Translations under genes and position numbers: made by a program
Shown here: positions 27,125 through 40,240 of the stretch, piece after piece
Numbering within the stretch: the stretch's first letter is position 1
Layout of the letters: each line of letters opens with the position of its first letter
Notes under the pieces: model-generated
Databases searched by the model: none
Told to the model about the DNA's origin: nothing
What the model saw: the letters and a program-made list of their open reading frames with translations, nothing else
Assembly: GCA_030141605.1 (NCBI GenBank)
Contig: JAQGDQ010000038.1
Span: 186,001 to 250,000 of the forward strand
Reading direction: 5' to 3'
Length of the DNA stretch: 64,000 nucleotides
DNA from: Tubiluchus corallicola
Lineage: Eukaryota; Animalia; Priapulida

Positions 27125-28693
27125 TTATTTAGATGCCACATCGTGAAACTCAACAGGAATGTCTGACCCAGGTGTTAACAAAGCCCTAAACTTTGGCACA
27201 AGCTCACTGTTTCCATGTAACCTTAAATTGAATTTCTGAACCAGTCGTGCAATCATTAAGTGAAGTTCCAGTTCAGCTATCCTACGACCCACGCAGCTTC
27301 GAACCCCAAACCCAAATGGTAATGAAGAAAAGGGCTCTATGCTTGGACTGTCCGCACTCCGCAGCCACCGTTCTGGTTTGAATGACAAAGGATTCTCAAA
27401 TATGTTTGCATCTCTTCCCATATAATAAACATCAGCTGCCATAACTGTTCCTTTTGGTATGTGATACCCCGCAAATACCACATCGGTGAGAGCAACTCTA
27501 GGAACATGCACAACATTTGGGTACAAACGTAGCGTCTCCTTGACGACGGCCTTTAGATAAGACAGTTTGGATAGGTGACTTGCAGTTGGTATAGAACCTT
27601 TAGTTACTTCTTGAACGCTGTTTCGAAGTTTCTCTTGAACTTGTTCATTAGCAGCAAGGCTGTGTATTGCAAAACACAGTGTGTTAGATGTGGTATCTAC
27701 CCCTGCCAACAGCAGTTCTGTTACGTTAGAGTAAACTTCACGTTGAGTTAACTTCGGATTTTGTATCAGATGTGCCAAAAATGATTTCTGGGTCTGATCA
27801 GGAGGAGCATCAACGATTTGTTTCACTTTCTCGTCAATGTGAGTGCGGGCATAGTTAAAAATTGTATCCCAGTGTAAATAGAATTTTTTCCATGCGGGAG
27901 TGTTCCATTTACGCTGCAGTTCAGGCATAATAAAGGCAAAAATATTCATCTTGAACATTTTACCAACAGCAGTTATGAATTCTTGGGATTTTTCCGGAAT
28001 TGGTTCTTGCAAACATCCCATTCGTTTCTCAAACAAAATGGTTCCCACAGATTCCATTGACCATTTATACGCTTCATTTGGAAATGACTTGACATATCCA
28101 TTTGTTTGTCTGATGAGTCGTATTCGATTCACCATGTCTGTTATCACTTCATTGAGTTGAACATCAAAATTTTGTATAATTTGAGGTCGCAGAATCTGTT
28201 TGCTCATTGCTGTTCGCATGCGATGCCAATCACTTCCTTCAACTGTCAAAACTCCATCAGCTTCGCCTCTGTCTTCTCTATACAGCAGCCACGGCGTCAT
28301 GTGAGCTCTTTTTGGAAACTGACCTGCATTACGAAATATATGCTTTACCATTTCCAAGTCACAAGTTATAACTGTCCTATGAGTTCCTGGAACGTCACTT
28401 CGGTACGTCTTGCCAAATTCCTCGTAATCTTTTTTTGTCAGCAAGTGAATTTTCTGATAATTCAATATTTTATAAAAAAAGCGTAAAGTACTGCTTAGTC
28501 CACTAGGACCGGGGATATCTTCATAATTCTTAACATTTGAAAAAGTGTCAGTTTCATCAATTCCTTTAATGACTGTAGCCATTGTCATCACTTGTTGCAC
28601 TTCACTGAAGATTGGCTGTGAGAACAAATTAGCAAGAGAAGCTCTGCTCTTTAGGGTCTTTTTTAAAAGCATCTTGCTTGCCATAGTTATCAT
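27125..28693 (-). CDS. Cytochrome P450, mitochondrial clan, CYP27-like, single coding exon (copy B)
   Basis: Same motifs as copy A and highly similar. An acceptor gttttcag at 28702-28703 suggests the start is one of the in-frame ATGs at 28693, 28684 or 28672 (the last is homologous to the copy A start), not 28810. Confidence 0.95.
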   Translation of the reverse strand: MITMASKMLLKKTLKSRASLANLFSQPIFSEVQQVMTMATVIKGIDETDTFSNVKNYEDIPGPSGLSSTLRFFYKILNYQKIHLLTKKDYEEFGKTYRSDVPGTHRTVITCDLEMVKHIFRNAGQFPKRAHMTPWLLYREDRGEADGVLTVEGSDWHRMRTAMSKQILRPQIIQNFDVQLNEVITDMVNRIRLIRQTNGYVKSFPNEAYKWSMESVGTILFEKRMGCLQEPIPEKSQEFITAVGKMFKMNIFAFIMPELQRKWNTPAWKKFYLHWDTIFNYARTHIDEKVKQIVDAPPDQTQKSFLAHLIQNPKLTQREVYSNVTELLLAGVDTTSNTLCFAIHSLAANEQVQEKLRNSVQEVTKGSIPTASHLSKLSYLKAVVKETLRLYPNVVHVPRVALTDVVFAGYHIPKGTVMAADVYYMGRDANIFENPLSFKPERWLRSADSPSIEPFSSLPFGFGVRSCVGRRIAELELHLMIARLVQKFNLRLHGNSELVPKFRALLTPGSDIPVEFHDVASK

Positions 28694-31600
28694 GTCATTC
28701 ACTGAAAACATAATTATCAAATTGACTATTATAGTATTAGCATGCATAATGACTTTCTTAAACATAATAGCTAGTGAGCATATTAAAATCCATGAAATTG
28801 TAAATGACACATCTGCAAAATACTACAACATTATAAACAGTTGCTAAGAGAAGAAAGACATGATGAAGTCTTCCAGGATAATCTAATTCCAGTGCAAGCA
28901 GTCCAATCTACACAGAAACAATATCCCACTAATAATTTCGCAAGATCAGCATTAAACAAAATATTTTGGCATGGTATATCAGTTTTACTGGATGCTAGAT
29001 GCATTGTGGCCATGCTGCGAAGGCTGGTAATTCACTCACTGACATACTCAGTCTGTTTTTCAAGTGCCAAATAAATCTCCTCTGTTTTTGTACCACCATG
29101 CATAACAGTTAATGGTTATAATTATAACTGTGAATGAAATTAAAAATCAGAATTAAAGAAATTATCTACTGAGGCAGGTGGTTAAGAAATGAGTCAACAA
29201 ACCAAACTTCTATTCTGGGAACCACATGAAATGATTTTTAGTGATGTCAGGTATTTTGCTTCTTTGCTTAATTATAATTCACTTTTATATCCCTTTATCA
29301 TTCACTTCAGTAATTCTTACACTTCAAAGCATAGGAACTACATCATAAACAATCAATTTTCCATAAACTGTAACACTACATTAACCATTAACAAGCCAAC
29401 AAGAATTAAACATTGAAGGTACTAATAATTTGTTTAATAGTATACGAATTACAACTATGAAAGTATTCATCACCTATGGACATGCACTGTAGCTCTCTAG
29501 TTGTAGACTTATATGGCAGAACACTGACAATTTTATGCACTAGGCTAAGAACAGCGTACTTTTGCACATAACAAATAGTACTCAAGCATAAGCATTTATC
29601 GCATAAGTGTTCAAAGTCTCTTCTCTTCAATAAATTTACTGTGCCCTAAAAGCACTGGATATAAAAGTTATCAATAAGCAAACTAGCTAAACAAATTTCA
29701 TGTAGTAAAAGCACAGCTTGTTGACAGCTAAATAAAAAAGTTGCATTATATGCATGAATTCAGAACTGAACTCTCTGTTAGAAATGCATGCAAATGAAAA
29801 CCAAGCACAATGTATGAGCCCTGGCCTAGGCATACCAATACAGAAAATATAGGGCATTGATGACTAATCATTTAAAATAACTCATTTTTAGAACGGAACA
29901 GAAGAGCATGAAATAGAGCAGGATGTGATAGAATAGCCTGACAAGACAAAAAGTGAACTAAACAAAAAAATGGTGAGAAGATAGCTAAGCAGAATAAAAT
30001 GGGACAGAATAACATACACTGTCCAGTAGGGTAATGTGGGGTGAAATGGGCACATTTGTTTTAAGGCTTTATAGGTACTTAGGGTTTTATTAAAGCATGA
30101 AGGTAGTAACAACACAAACTGTCTATTGTATTGACTAGATATTGCAAAAAGCTAATGGGTACAGTTGCTTGTGTTTTTCAGTGATATGAGTATTTAATTG
30201 ATGTTGTTTCTATCACCATAAAAACATAAGTGGTTGCATAAACGAACTTCAGACGAGAAAAATGAAAACATAAAGAATGTTGTGAGCCCTGGAAGCAGCC
30301 AACAACCTGACGTAGCTGTTACAAAGTAGAAGATTTCATAGTTGTAGAGTATGGGGGAAAGCACGAATGATACTTGTAAGCTTCTGGATTAATTGGAGAT
30401 GGCCTGAGATTGAGGATAAATAATGCAAATTAGTACAAGCTTTTACATCAGTTAATTCTAAAGGCATGTACATACTACACAAAGTTCAGTCCATGGTGGA
30501 TACCAGTGTGTTAAACATGGACCATTTACATACAAGAATGAAAGTTTTTCGGTATGAATAATTTCGATTTTTTTAAATTCATTTACTGTGCCCTACAGAT
30601 CTCAATCTACAGATTATTAAAATGAGTGTAAAGCAACTAGTAAGCAGGTACAGGCTAAAATGTTGTGTAAGTCAACCAGAGTCTTTGTTGTTACAGTGAG
30701 GAGTTTTACTAAACAAAACAAACTTAAAATGACAATTTAAAATAAAACAATTAATGAGATAGAAAAGTTTAGTTCTTAAAAATTGCAATTTAATAAAAAA
30801 ATCTGCTCATTTCACCTCACCTCCACCTTCAAAACACGATGAGGCAGAAAGGGAACAAAGAGAGTACAAAAGGAACAGATAGTACAAAGAGAATGAAAAG
30901 AACAAGAGAAGAGACTAAAGAAAAGAATAATTTAAACATTGTGGGACAAAATAGTCTGAGTAGAATGGGTTCAGTAGGATAGAATTGAAAAAACTTAAGT
31001 GAACTGAAGCTAAGAATAACTCAGAATAATCAAAATAGGATGCAATTTATATAGCAGGATAATTAGAAACAAACAAGAGACAATGCCAATGAAATGAGAC
31101 AAAAATAAATCTAGTTAATGGAATAGTCAGAAATCAACCTAGGCACCAAAGTACATTAACAAATTCCAAAGATAACTTCAAAGGTTCAAACTGAAAATAA
31201 ACAATATATCTGCATGATTGATATCACTAACATTTAAATCTGGTTGACAACATGCTTCAAACAGTTTGAATTTTACCTTAATGGTCCAGCGTAGCAGATT
31301 TATTACATGCCTGACTTTACACTAAGACTAACCAGACTTTTAGTAGATTAATTCCTGCAACTAAATTTATCAAATAATGTGCAAGACGTGTCAGAACTTG
31401 TACTATTGCATATTTTAAAGCCGAAGAGACATTTCCTGTCTAACTTGATTTGACACTAATTAATGTGGCATCATTACGTGATCTGTAGCAGCAGACCAGA
31501 CCTCAGTAAAAACATCGCCTATGACTCATCAAGAATTTTAGATTTTGCAGAATGGGGTAAACTACAGACATTATGGCTAAGTACTTATAAGTGAAGAGTA

Positions 31601-32472
31601 GATATTTAACATTTAAGTAAAATAGTTTGAATCTAAAGCAGCTTGACTTTTCCAGCGAGTCCAGATTTAAGTCAGTTTTCTGATATTATAATTATAACCC
31701 TTGGTAGTTCAAATGACATGGCCACATCTCGTGCTTCAATGTTTCGATCTTAACAATTAAATTTTTATTACAAATTCAACTTGAGAAAACAATTCCTTTA
31801 GTTTTGTTATTCATTATTGACTAAAATTCTCAATAAATTTGTATAAAGTTTCCCATCTATTGCTTGCTTCATATTTACAAAAGAACCATTGTTACAAAAA
31901 CCATAATAACAACTAAAATGCATTGCAAAATTCATTTTTACAACCCGTGTAATTAAAAAAATCTTAATAAATCAGGCTCATTAGAAATTTAAATTTCTCA
32001 GTATATAACCTATCTGCAGGCTTAACACTTTTAGATAAAGTGAGCTGCAGAACACAAGTCAAATGGTTAACTTACTAATATTACTGACTGATTTAATTTT
32101 TATTTTTTTCAGCATGTCATTTATACAATGGCATTATAACTTGCAAGTTGCACATAGCAGTTTACTTCTTAAGTGAAATTCAACAAATCATTGGCATTCA
32201 GAAAAATACTACTTACCCTTTCTTGGCACACGAATACTACTGAAGATATTAGGCAACATTTTTGAGTTGAGCATAACACTTAAACTATTGCATTCCTCAC
32301 AAATGTACCACAATACATGCAAAATTGCCTAAGTCTGCAATTTCCAACTTCACCATTGTTTTTCAATGACTACTATTTTGCAGAATTTTTCGTTGGCCAC
32401 TTGGTCATGTTTATGTTCAAATAGTGACAATAATCTTAGTGGCATCACATATTTCCCTTCATTATTTTGCCT

Positions 32473-35400
32473 TTATGGCAGTTCTCGCCACTTTTTTTGT
32501 TTTCTGTACTGATTAATAACATGTTCTCTTTCTTCGTCAAACTGTCTTTGTTCACTGAGTGACATAGCTTTCCGTTTTACGGCTTTTGAAAACAATTTCT
32601 GACCTGCCGTTGCTTCAGAGGAAACATTTTTTCGCAGTACATTATGCAACAATAATGCTTTGCATCCCGGCTAAAATAACAAACAGAAATTAAACACTGA
32701 ACATAACTTGAAAAGATACTGAATACAGTAAACCCTCGTTATAACAACTAGTGGGGGGGGATGGTGTACATTGTAACTATAACCAATAGTCTGTTGTATC
32801 CGGCTGGCGTGTATCGCACTCCTACACATATAGCATGGCTTTTATCTCTTGACAGTGTCTTAACGACATCCCTCACTGTTTGGAATGGCACTATCATGAA
32901 GGGGGATTGCTATGCTCTTTATCAAGTTGTTATTTCTGCTTCAAAAATTAAATGAATTGAACAGCGACCTATGGCACATTTATAGAAAGTTGCAAAGTTA
33001 CCATTAATGATGAACGTCATCCAAATAATAAGTTTTCTGAACATTCCCCTCTATGTCGTAGATACCGTTCAATTAATACTAAAACCACAAGGAGTTTTTT
33101 CTTTAAATTGTTTCTATTCTGTTGCAGTTTGCAGTAGCAACAGTAAATCTGCAATATTCTGTATATATCTGTATCACTGTATATGTTGTATCACAACAAT
33201 CACTGCATATATTTTATTTACAATTATGTGACAACCGATTGAATTTAATTATGTATTAATTTTCTTTTGTTGTAGTACGTTAAACCACACAAATATTGTA
33301 TGTACTATGTATGTAATGCAATGAAAATAAAATGTTTACTTACTTATCTACTGTATATAACTTTTAAAAATGTCATACCTCGTTATTAAATGATGAGTGT
33401 ATATGGCCATAGATATAAATTATGCATTGACTAAGGTAATTTATTACCACTTGGACAACTAAATTGTGTAAATGTAAACAAAACTAATGGCATAAACCAA
33501 AACAGTACTGCCTCCAGGCCTATTAATGACAACTTGCATTTAGTGTTTGCATATATAATTTTTGATATTAATATTAAATCATCCAACCTTTACTCAATAA
33601 ACATTAATAATTTCCAAATAATACGAAGCTACAAAACTAGGTGGTGTCTTTCACTGGCTGGTCACTGACACATTGAGGGTTTAACCGATAACACAACATT
33701 CTAGGGACTTTTTCATAATTGCCAAACATGTGAAATCACTACTAATGTACAGCTGGGCAAATACTGAAGAAACACAAAATAATAACTAATGTAGGTAACT
33801 TATGGAAATGCTCCCAAGTACCATCAATCTTATAGCCAATATTAATGAAAACTATTTATCAAAACAAATTTATTATTTACAAAAAAGTAGGGTAAAAATT
33901 ACCTTCACTTGAGACTGTGCCTGCCTTGGTTTTGCTGTAATTACAGGAGGCTGACTTATTACTTCGCCAAATTTCACATTGTCTGTAAAAATGCAAGTTA
34001 TAGCAACACACAGTCAGCAAAACTTTTACTATAAATAACAGAACACTTATTATTTAAAAATTCTAGAATTATAAAAAGTTTAATACCAGAGTCATTATAA
34101 ATGATATTAAAAAAGACAGTAATTTTAGTAATGTTAGTCGTTGTTGCGCAGATTACAGCCATATCATGTCGCACCAATATGATGTGCACATGTAGGGCTG
34201 GCCATCAGGATGATCAACGGTTTCATCCTAATAATTCAGTGTATGTATTATTAATTTTATAGCTTCAATACTATGTTGTAGCGAAATCAAATGCACAGCC
34301 ACAAGAAAGAAAATATGACTCAACTCCCAATAGAACGGAGTGGAAAATGTCATGGAGAATGTTCACTTATTCATTCTGCCATTACCATAAAAAATGCTAG
34401 ATGTCAATAAATACACCAAACTGTTAAAAATTCATTCAGAAGTGCTCCTGCTTTCCGCCATAACAGATACCGGACAAATCTTAAACGGTCCTAAGAACTT
34501 TACCTTTAAAATCATCAAATTCATCTTTTTGGTGCTTTGTTACCTTCCTGACTTTTTTTGCCGCCCTGTTTTTGTTTTTCCTAAATAAGTAAAAGCAAAA
34601 ACTGTTCATTAATTAGATAAAAAGTGCATAAACCCTTGGCTCTATAATTAACATAAGAGGTTATCTTTTGTACATGTGCACATGTTTACAATAGTAATCA
34701 ATGTGGTAATTTCTTAGCAACACCCCAGTGCCTCAATGCAAAACTCAATTGTGCTTTTCCGAAATACGAAATGGCGAATTTCCAGCATGTAGTTTAAAAA
34801 TACATACATTTGAGGTACATGCTGCCAGTGATGCCAAACGAATGTTAGAATTCAAACGAGTGTTCGTATTTTGCTTTTTTTGATTTGAATCAAATATCCA
34901 GGTCGAATGTTCGATAAAGCATATACACTAAAATGCACAATTACATTGGTATAAACCTGCTCATTCTGAAGTTCTACCTGTATTTCTAAAGAACTGACGT
35001 TCTAAAGACCTGGGGTATCGCCTGCTGGAACTGTACATTATTGAATGTCATGATGATGCATAACAATTAATGAACAACGATTATATGAACACCATTTTTA
35101 CATAAATTTGCAAAGACAAACAAACCTAAGTGCTTTTACTTCCCTTTTTGCTAGTGCTTTCTAATTCCTTCGCTATTCAATTCGGAATACTCAAAGTACG
35201 GGTTGTGCAATATTACAGTTTTTGTGATAATAAAAATTAGAAAACACCTAATGCATTTAGTACCATTTAGAATATGACATATAGCACGCTCCTTATGGTA
35301 GTGTATTCACACATGCACACACGCACATACACACACAGTCTCAATACATACGATCGTTTGAACTTGACACTAAGAAATCCTAAGCAAAAACTCAAAATAA

Positions 35401-38400
35401 TTATTCTGATTAATCACATACATCTGAAACACTACTATAGTTGCAACATTTCTTTCGTTGTTTTCATTTTTTTCGCTTCTGCTTTTCAGGAAAACTTATT
35501 TCCAGGTATTCAACCTTCTGACTGAAGCAGCTTTGTATCACCAAGTCCTAGATTACTCATCCAGTATTTAGCAAATGATAAAAGGTAATGCAATATCATT
35601 CACACTATTCAGCAATTCTACTTTAATTTTTAAATTTCAATTATGTCCAAAAAATCACGTCATAGGATTTGGGTACTGTAATGTTACGCAAACGGGCTCA
35701 TAATAAAAGTAACAACTTGTTTCCCACTTTACCTGGCTTGTGTGTTAATGCCCTGTGCCTCCACTGAAGTATTGGAAACAGGTTTAACAAAAACTTTATT
35801 TCCTTTCTGTTCTTGTATTTCTACACCCCATTTTTCTTCGAAGTGAGCTCTGGAAAAGCAAAACACATTTCCGTAGTCTGCACCAAATAATGTGGCTTAA
35901 GCAGTTAAGAAAATGTACCACCAATTTTTTGGTGGACGTAGGAAAAAGTAAAAGGAAAAACAAATCCTCATCCAGAGTATACACCATGAATGATTTTATA
36001 ACCTTTCAAATCTTTTATGAAGGTTCAAGCTTGTACTTCCAATCACAGGAATGATTTAAGGTGCGACTCCATGTGCATGTAATGCACGACGTGTGATCTG
36101 TGATGTGTAACATGTACACAACAGTTTGTATTCAAACACAAGGACCTACACATATTCAAACACAAGGAACATGTGTAGGTAATGTGCAATGCATAGACAG
36201 GAAGCCGCTAGTGCCGAGAAGATTTTGTGAGTTTTGAAGTTTCCGATGACCATTTGTGCAGCTAAAACAAGTCAACAAAGTAACGGACTAATTTTAAAAA
36301 GCACTTCATGCAAATTGACAGATTCCCTTGGCTTGTCAGGTTTGTTTTTGGTTATTTCAATTTAATATTTTCAACACAATAATATTTTTCCATTTGAGTT
36401 TTCGAGAGGCAGAAGACATGATAGACATGAGAAGATACTTATGTTATTATGGTTAAAACTGAAATTTTTTTGCCAAATGGTCTTACGATCTATATTGTTT
36501 TCCTTGTTACAAAACATTATGCATGGAAAGTCTGTACTTTCCTTTCCACGTAATATAATGATAAGCAATGGCTATCGTAAAAATTTCATCTTGATTACTG
36601 TCATGCTGAAATTTCAGCAGAGGCAAACCACTGGCTTCCAAACATTGTTATGAATTTCTCATGAACAGCAACCAAAAATGGCAGAAAGAGAACTATGAGC
36701 TTTGTTAATTTGCAGAGCGTTCATGGTTATATGAAAACAGTCACTGCGCATTATAACACGCATATGGAATCCTAACTTTAACCTTATTGGTGATTTACAC
36801 ATTTTTCTACTAGGTGTAAAACTATCAAAATATAAGTTTAGAATATTTTTCAGCCCATTCTGCAATATGAATATTTTATAACAATGATACCAGCATTTAA
36901 TAAAAAATGTCGGTCTAAATTTTTTTAAACACTGGATTTTTTTCAAAATGATTTACACTCTTTTAAACCCCACTAAATACAGTTGAACATGCATTTTAGC
37001 TCATAAAAGTGTATTCTGTTATTTTGCGTCATGTCATAACATGTTAAGTCATGTGTTTGTTATGTGACGGCAGCACTTCACATTGTGCTATACATAGAAA
37101 ACAATGCCATCATTTACCTGTGAACTGCATCTTGGGTAACTTTTGTCATTCTTTTGTAAAAGGAATGCATCGATTCACATTTGTTCTGTTTAAAAACAGG
37201 AGGTTCTCTACTTTTTTTCATAGCTCCATGAGTATCCATTCCACCACCATCTAAGTACAAAATTGCAAAACTAACACAATTAATGTTCAGCAACCTTAAG
37301 CTGAGAAGAATTAACCAATTCTGCAATTGGACATTGTGACTAAACATATAGCAGACAACTGACAATTTAGCACAAGAAATTTGAGTATTGTCAAATACCA
37401 ACAATCATAACACATTAAATAAAGACCACTATCGTTTAAGTTGTAGCAATATGGGAACTACATGTCTTGTTGAAAGCAAATTCACTAATTCAGATGAAAC
37501 AGTGAAAAGCTTCTGGTAATTCAGACCTTAAACTGTTTACCTTAATGACATAATACGGAAATGTATCTTGAGTAAGAAGCAGTTCATTGAAAATCTTCAA
37601 AAATTGGTAAACCCTTGTTCAATGTTACACAATTTTTAACCAATTGCCTTACCATTGTACTTTTTCCTCTTTCGCTTCACATTGTCTTTTGTCACCATAA
37701 GCTTCTGAAGTTCTAGAACCTTGTATGGAATATCTTGCTCTGACGTATTTGATGGTTTAGAGTTGATGGGTTTCCGTTGAGATCTAAAGGCAAGACATAT
37801 AAAAAGGAAACTTAAAATAAAATCACAGCATAAAACTAGTTATTCAGAATCAATAGCTCTGAAACACAAATAGAAATGTGAATAGTTGAGTTGAGCTCAT
37901 ATTTTCAACAATGCAGTGTAAGTATGATTAAAGTGATGATCAATGCACATGATCAATCACCAGATGACCAGGGACCTGCAGAAACTTGATCCCAAACAAC
38001 AGGTTCGGCTCAACATAGGCTACAAACTACTGCTGCTAGTTCTGCATTGAACAACCACAATGCTTAGTGAAAATCGGGTATCAACAAAATTGCATGCAAG
38101 TTTAAAACCTATTATGCAATATTATTATTGTTATTTCATAGTGATAAAGGTTGCCATTGACAAAAAATGTAATGCTCATTGTTAAAAGTGAATCTTCATT
38201 TTACAGAACCATTCACATATTTCACTTAGTTTCTACTTGATTACTATTCGCGTTCAGAAGTATCAAAGAATCTTGACGGAATTTGGTTTTTACAAGAAAG
38301 AGTGCTTTTGGCAGTTAGTTTTACATAGAAGTTTGCATTTACAAGTTTTTTTTGTGAATTCTGTATCTTGAATCCTCCAACATATGCTTTTGCAGTGAGC

Positions 38401-39139
38401 ACATTAATGCAATCCAATCATTTTGACGAAAATTCTAGTAAAGATGCACTTACACAAGTGTATAATCAATGTGACTCAACTTTTGAACAGCACCTAAAAT
38501 TTTGATTTTTTTGGCAGAAAAGAAAAAATACCAAAACATTTAGTAATAAATCCTCTTAGATATAAGTAACTTGAGTTATGTGAAAAACCACTACAGCATG
38601 CAATGAGCATTAATAATAATAATAACCTTCATTTAAAGTCGGCTTTAAATTTCAACAAACAACACAAGCAATAAGGCTTTTATCGACGACTGTAAATAAC
38701 AAACTTACGCTTACATAACAGACAATATTACCTTGAGTTTTTACCCGAAATACAATAGACCACGTAGGACACCAGCAAGTATAATTTTTAGAGTCCTTGC
38801 TTTACCAACTGCAATACTGAAGTCATAACCTCTCAGATCGAAAGCAGATGCATTACTTATTACGTTATACCGTCTGATGAAATACTCACTATAACACCAA
38901 CTTAATTACCAGTAGACCAAAGACTACAATGTACCTGGCGATTCTGATTTACTATACAGCAAAACGTAATTCAATCTGGAAAAAACAATGTTATTGGCTT
39001 ACTTTTTTTGTTTGGGATTTGACAAGCTGTAGGAACATGGATGTCTGTCTTTAAAAATAGAGCTTGCAGCATTGCACTGTTTCAGTTTCTTATGCTTTTT
39101 ACTTTTCTGTGGCTTACCGATGTGATGTCTTTTAGCCAT
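32473..39139 (-). CDS. CCDC137: Coiled-coil domain-containing protein 137 (basic nucleolar protein), 7 coding exons
   Basis: Exons: 39139-39003, 37783-37653, 37250-37118, 35849-35733, 34580-34504, 33982-33903, 32670-32473 (TAA), phases compatible. Motifs: INSKPSNTSEQDIPYKV, PVFKQNKCES..F..RM, DNVKFGEVISQPPVITAKPR, FDEEREHVINQYRK. Confidence 0.85.
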
Positions 39140-39563
39140 CTTGAAAAATAAATATATATATATAAACAAGTAATGACCAACGCTAAACACTTAACGATAT
39201 TTTATGAAATTCGATAGTTAATCCATTACATTATTTGCAAAACATAGGTATCTTGGTTACTCCGCTACTTGACTGCAAACACTAAGCATTCGCGTAATAG
39301 CAGTTATATGAAAAGTTTGAATAATTTTTTTATATAGCTATTTTAGCTTTCACCTCGATTCGGAAAAACTTAGTTCAGGATAGTTCGGGAGGCAAGTTTA
39401 ATGCTACCTACAACCGTGAATTTGTAAAAAGTAATATATTCGCAAAAACAAAACTTGGGTATCTCACCCATTGTGTACCAGTTATTTTTAATAATGAAAA
39501 TTGAAGTATATAGGAGAAAGTTTTAATGTCAGCGTTCTTCTTGTTTAGCTTAGGTCAAGCAAC

Positions 39564-40240
39564 TTAATAATGTCGTAGGCTACTCTTTATGTGCGAGTTT
39601 TTTCGCTTGCCCTGAGCTTGAAAAAAGGCCAGCTGGATAACTCCACTATATTGAATATTCGCTCTTCCTCGACAATGCAAGAGCACTGTGTACTGCCTTG
39701 TAATGGCACCAGAGAACATGGGGATGCAGTACACAATGATGGGGTACAAGATGAGACCCAAAAAATTGCGGTTGGCCAGTATCGGAACAAAGAGGCGGTA
39801 ATGCTGCAGTATGCCGAGATGTCCAGTCAGTATGAGATCAGTAGTATGTATTTTCGAAGATGGCAAATTTTCGCATGAATTCCAAATATTGTTAATGAAT
39901 TTTCAAACCCTGGATAACTGTTTACAGTTCACGTGGTTGAAATTTCATATTCTCAAAATTTCAGCATATCTAAAATGAAAACTTGACGAAAAGTTTATAG
40001 GACTGAAGTTTGTTATACCCATTATAATTAAGTTTATCATTATTTTCATTATGACACCACATGCAAATTTAGTGTTTCTGTCTACCTGGAAATTCTGCCC
40101 GAAGACAGGCAGAAGTTGTCTGTATACTGGTCCCCATGGCCAGTAAACGAAGCCTGTCACATTTTCTATGTCTCTGTCTAAATGAAACCTTGTCTTTTCC
40201 GAGTCAACATATGCAGCTATTGATACCTCACTTTCATAAA
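39564..40240 (-). mobile_element. Possible highly degenerate LINE RT remnant
   Basis: In order on the minus strand: SIAAYVDS (YADD-like), FINNIWNSCENLPSSKIHTTDLIL, HLGIL, ILYPIIVYCIPMFSG, resembling the RT C-terminal motif series. In-frame stop present; similarity weak. Confidence 0.4.

Noticed and set aside
23523-28486. Plus-strand ORFs overlapping the P450s
   Set aside because: Antisense shadows, repeated only because the P450s are duplicated.
28694-28810. Hydrophobic N-terminal extension on P450 copy B suggesting ER retargeting
   Set aside because: Starts at a non-ATG codon, is AT-rich, crosses a good acceptor at 28702 and has no counterpart in copy A; most likely intron.
39880-39920. 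In-frame TGA on the minus strand as selenocysteine
   Set aside because: No selenoprotein motif and no SECIS recognised; a decayed retroelement explains it better.
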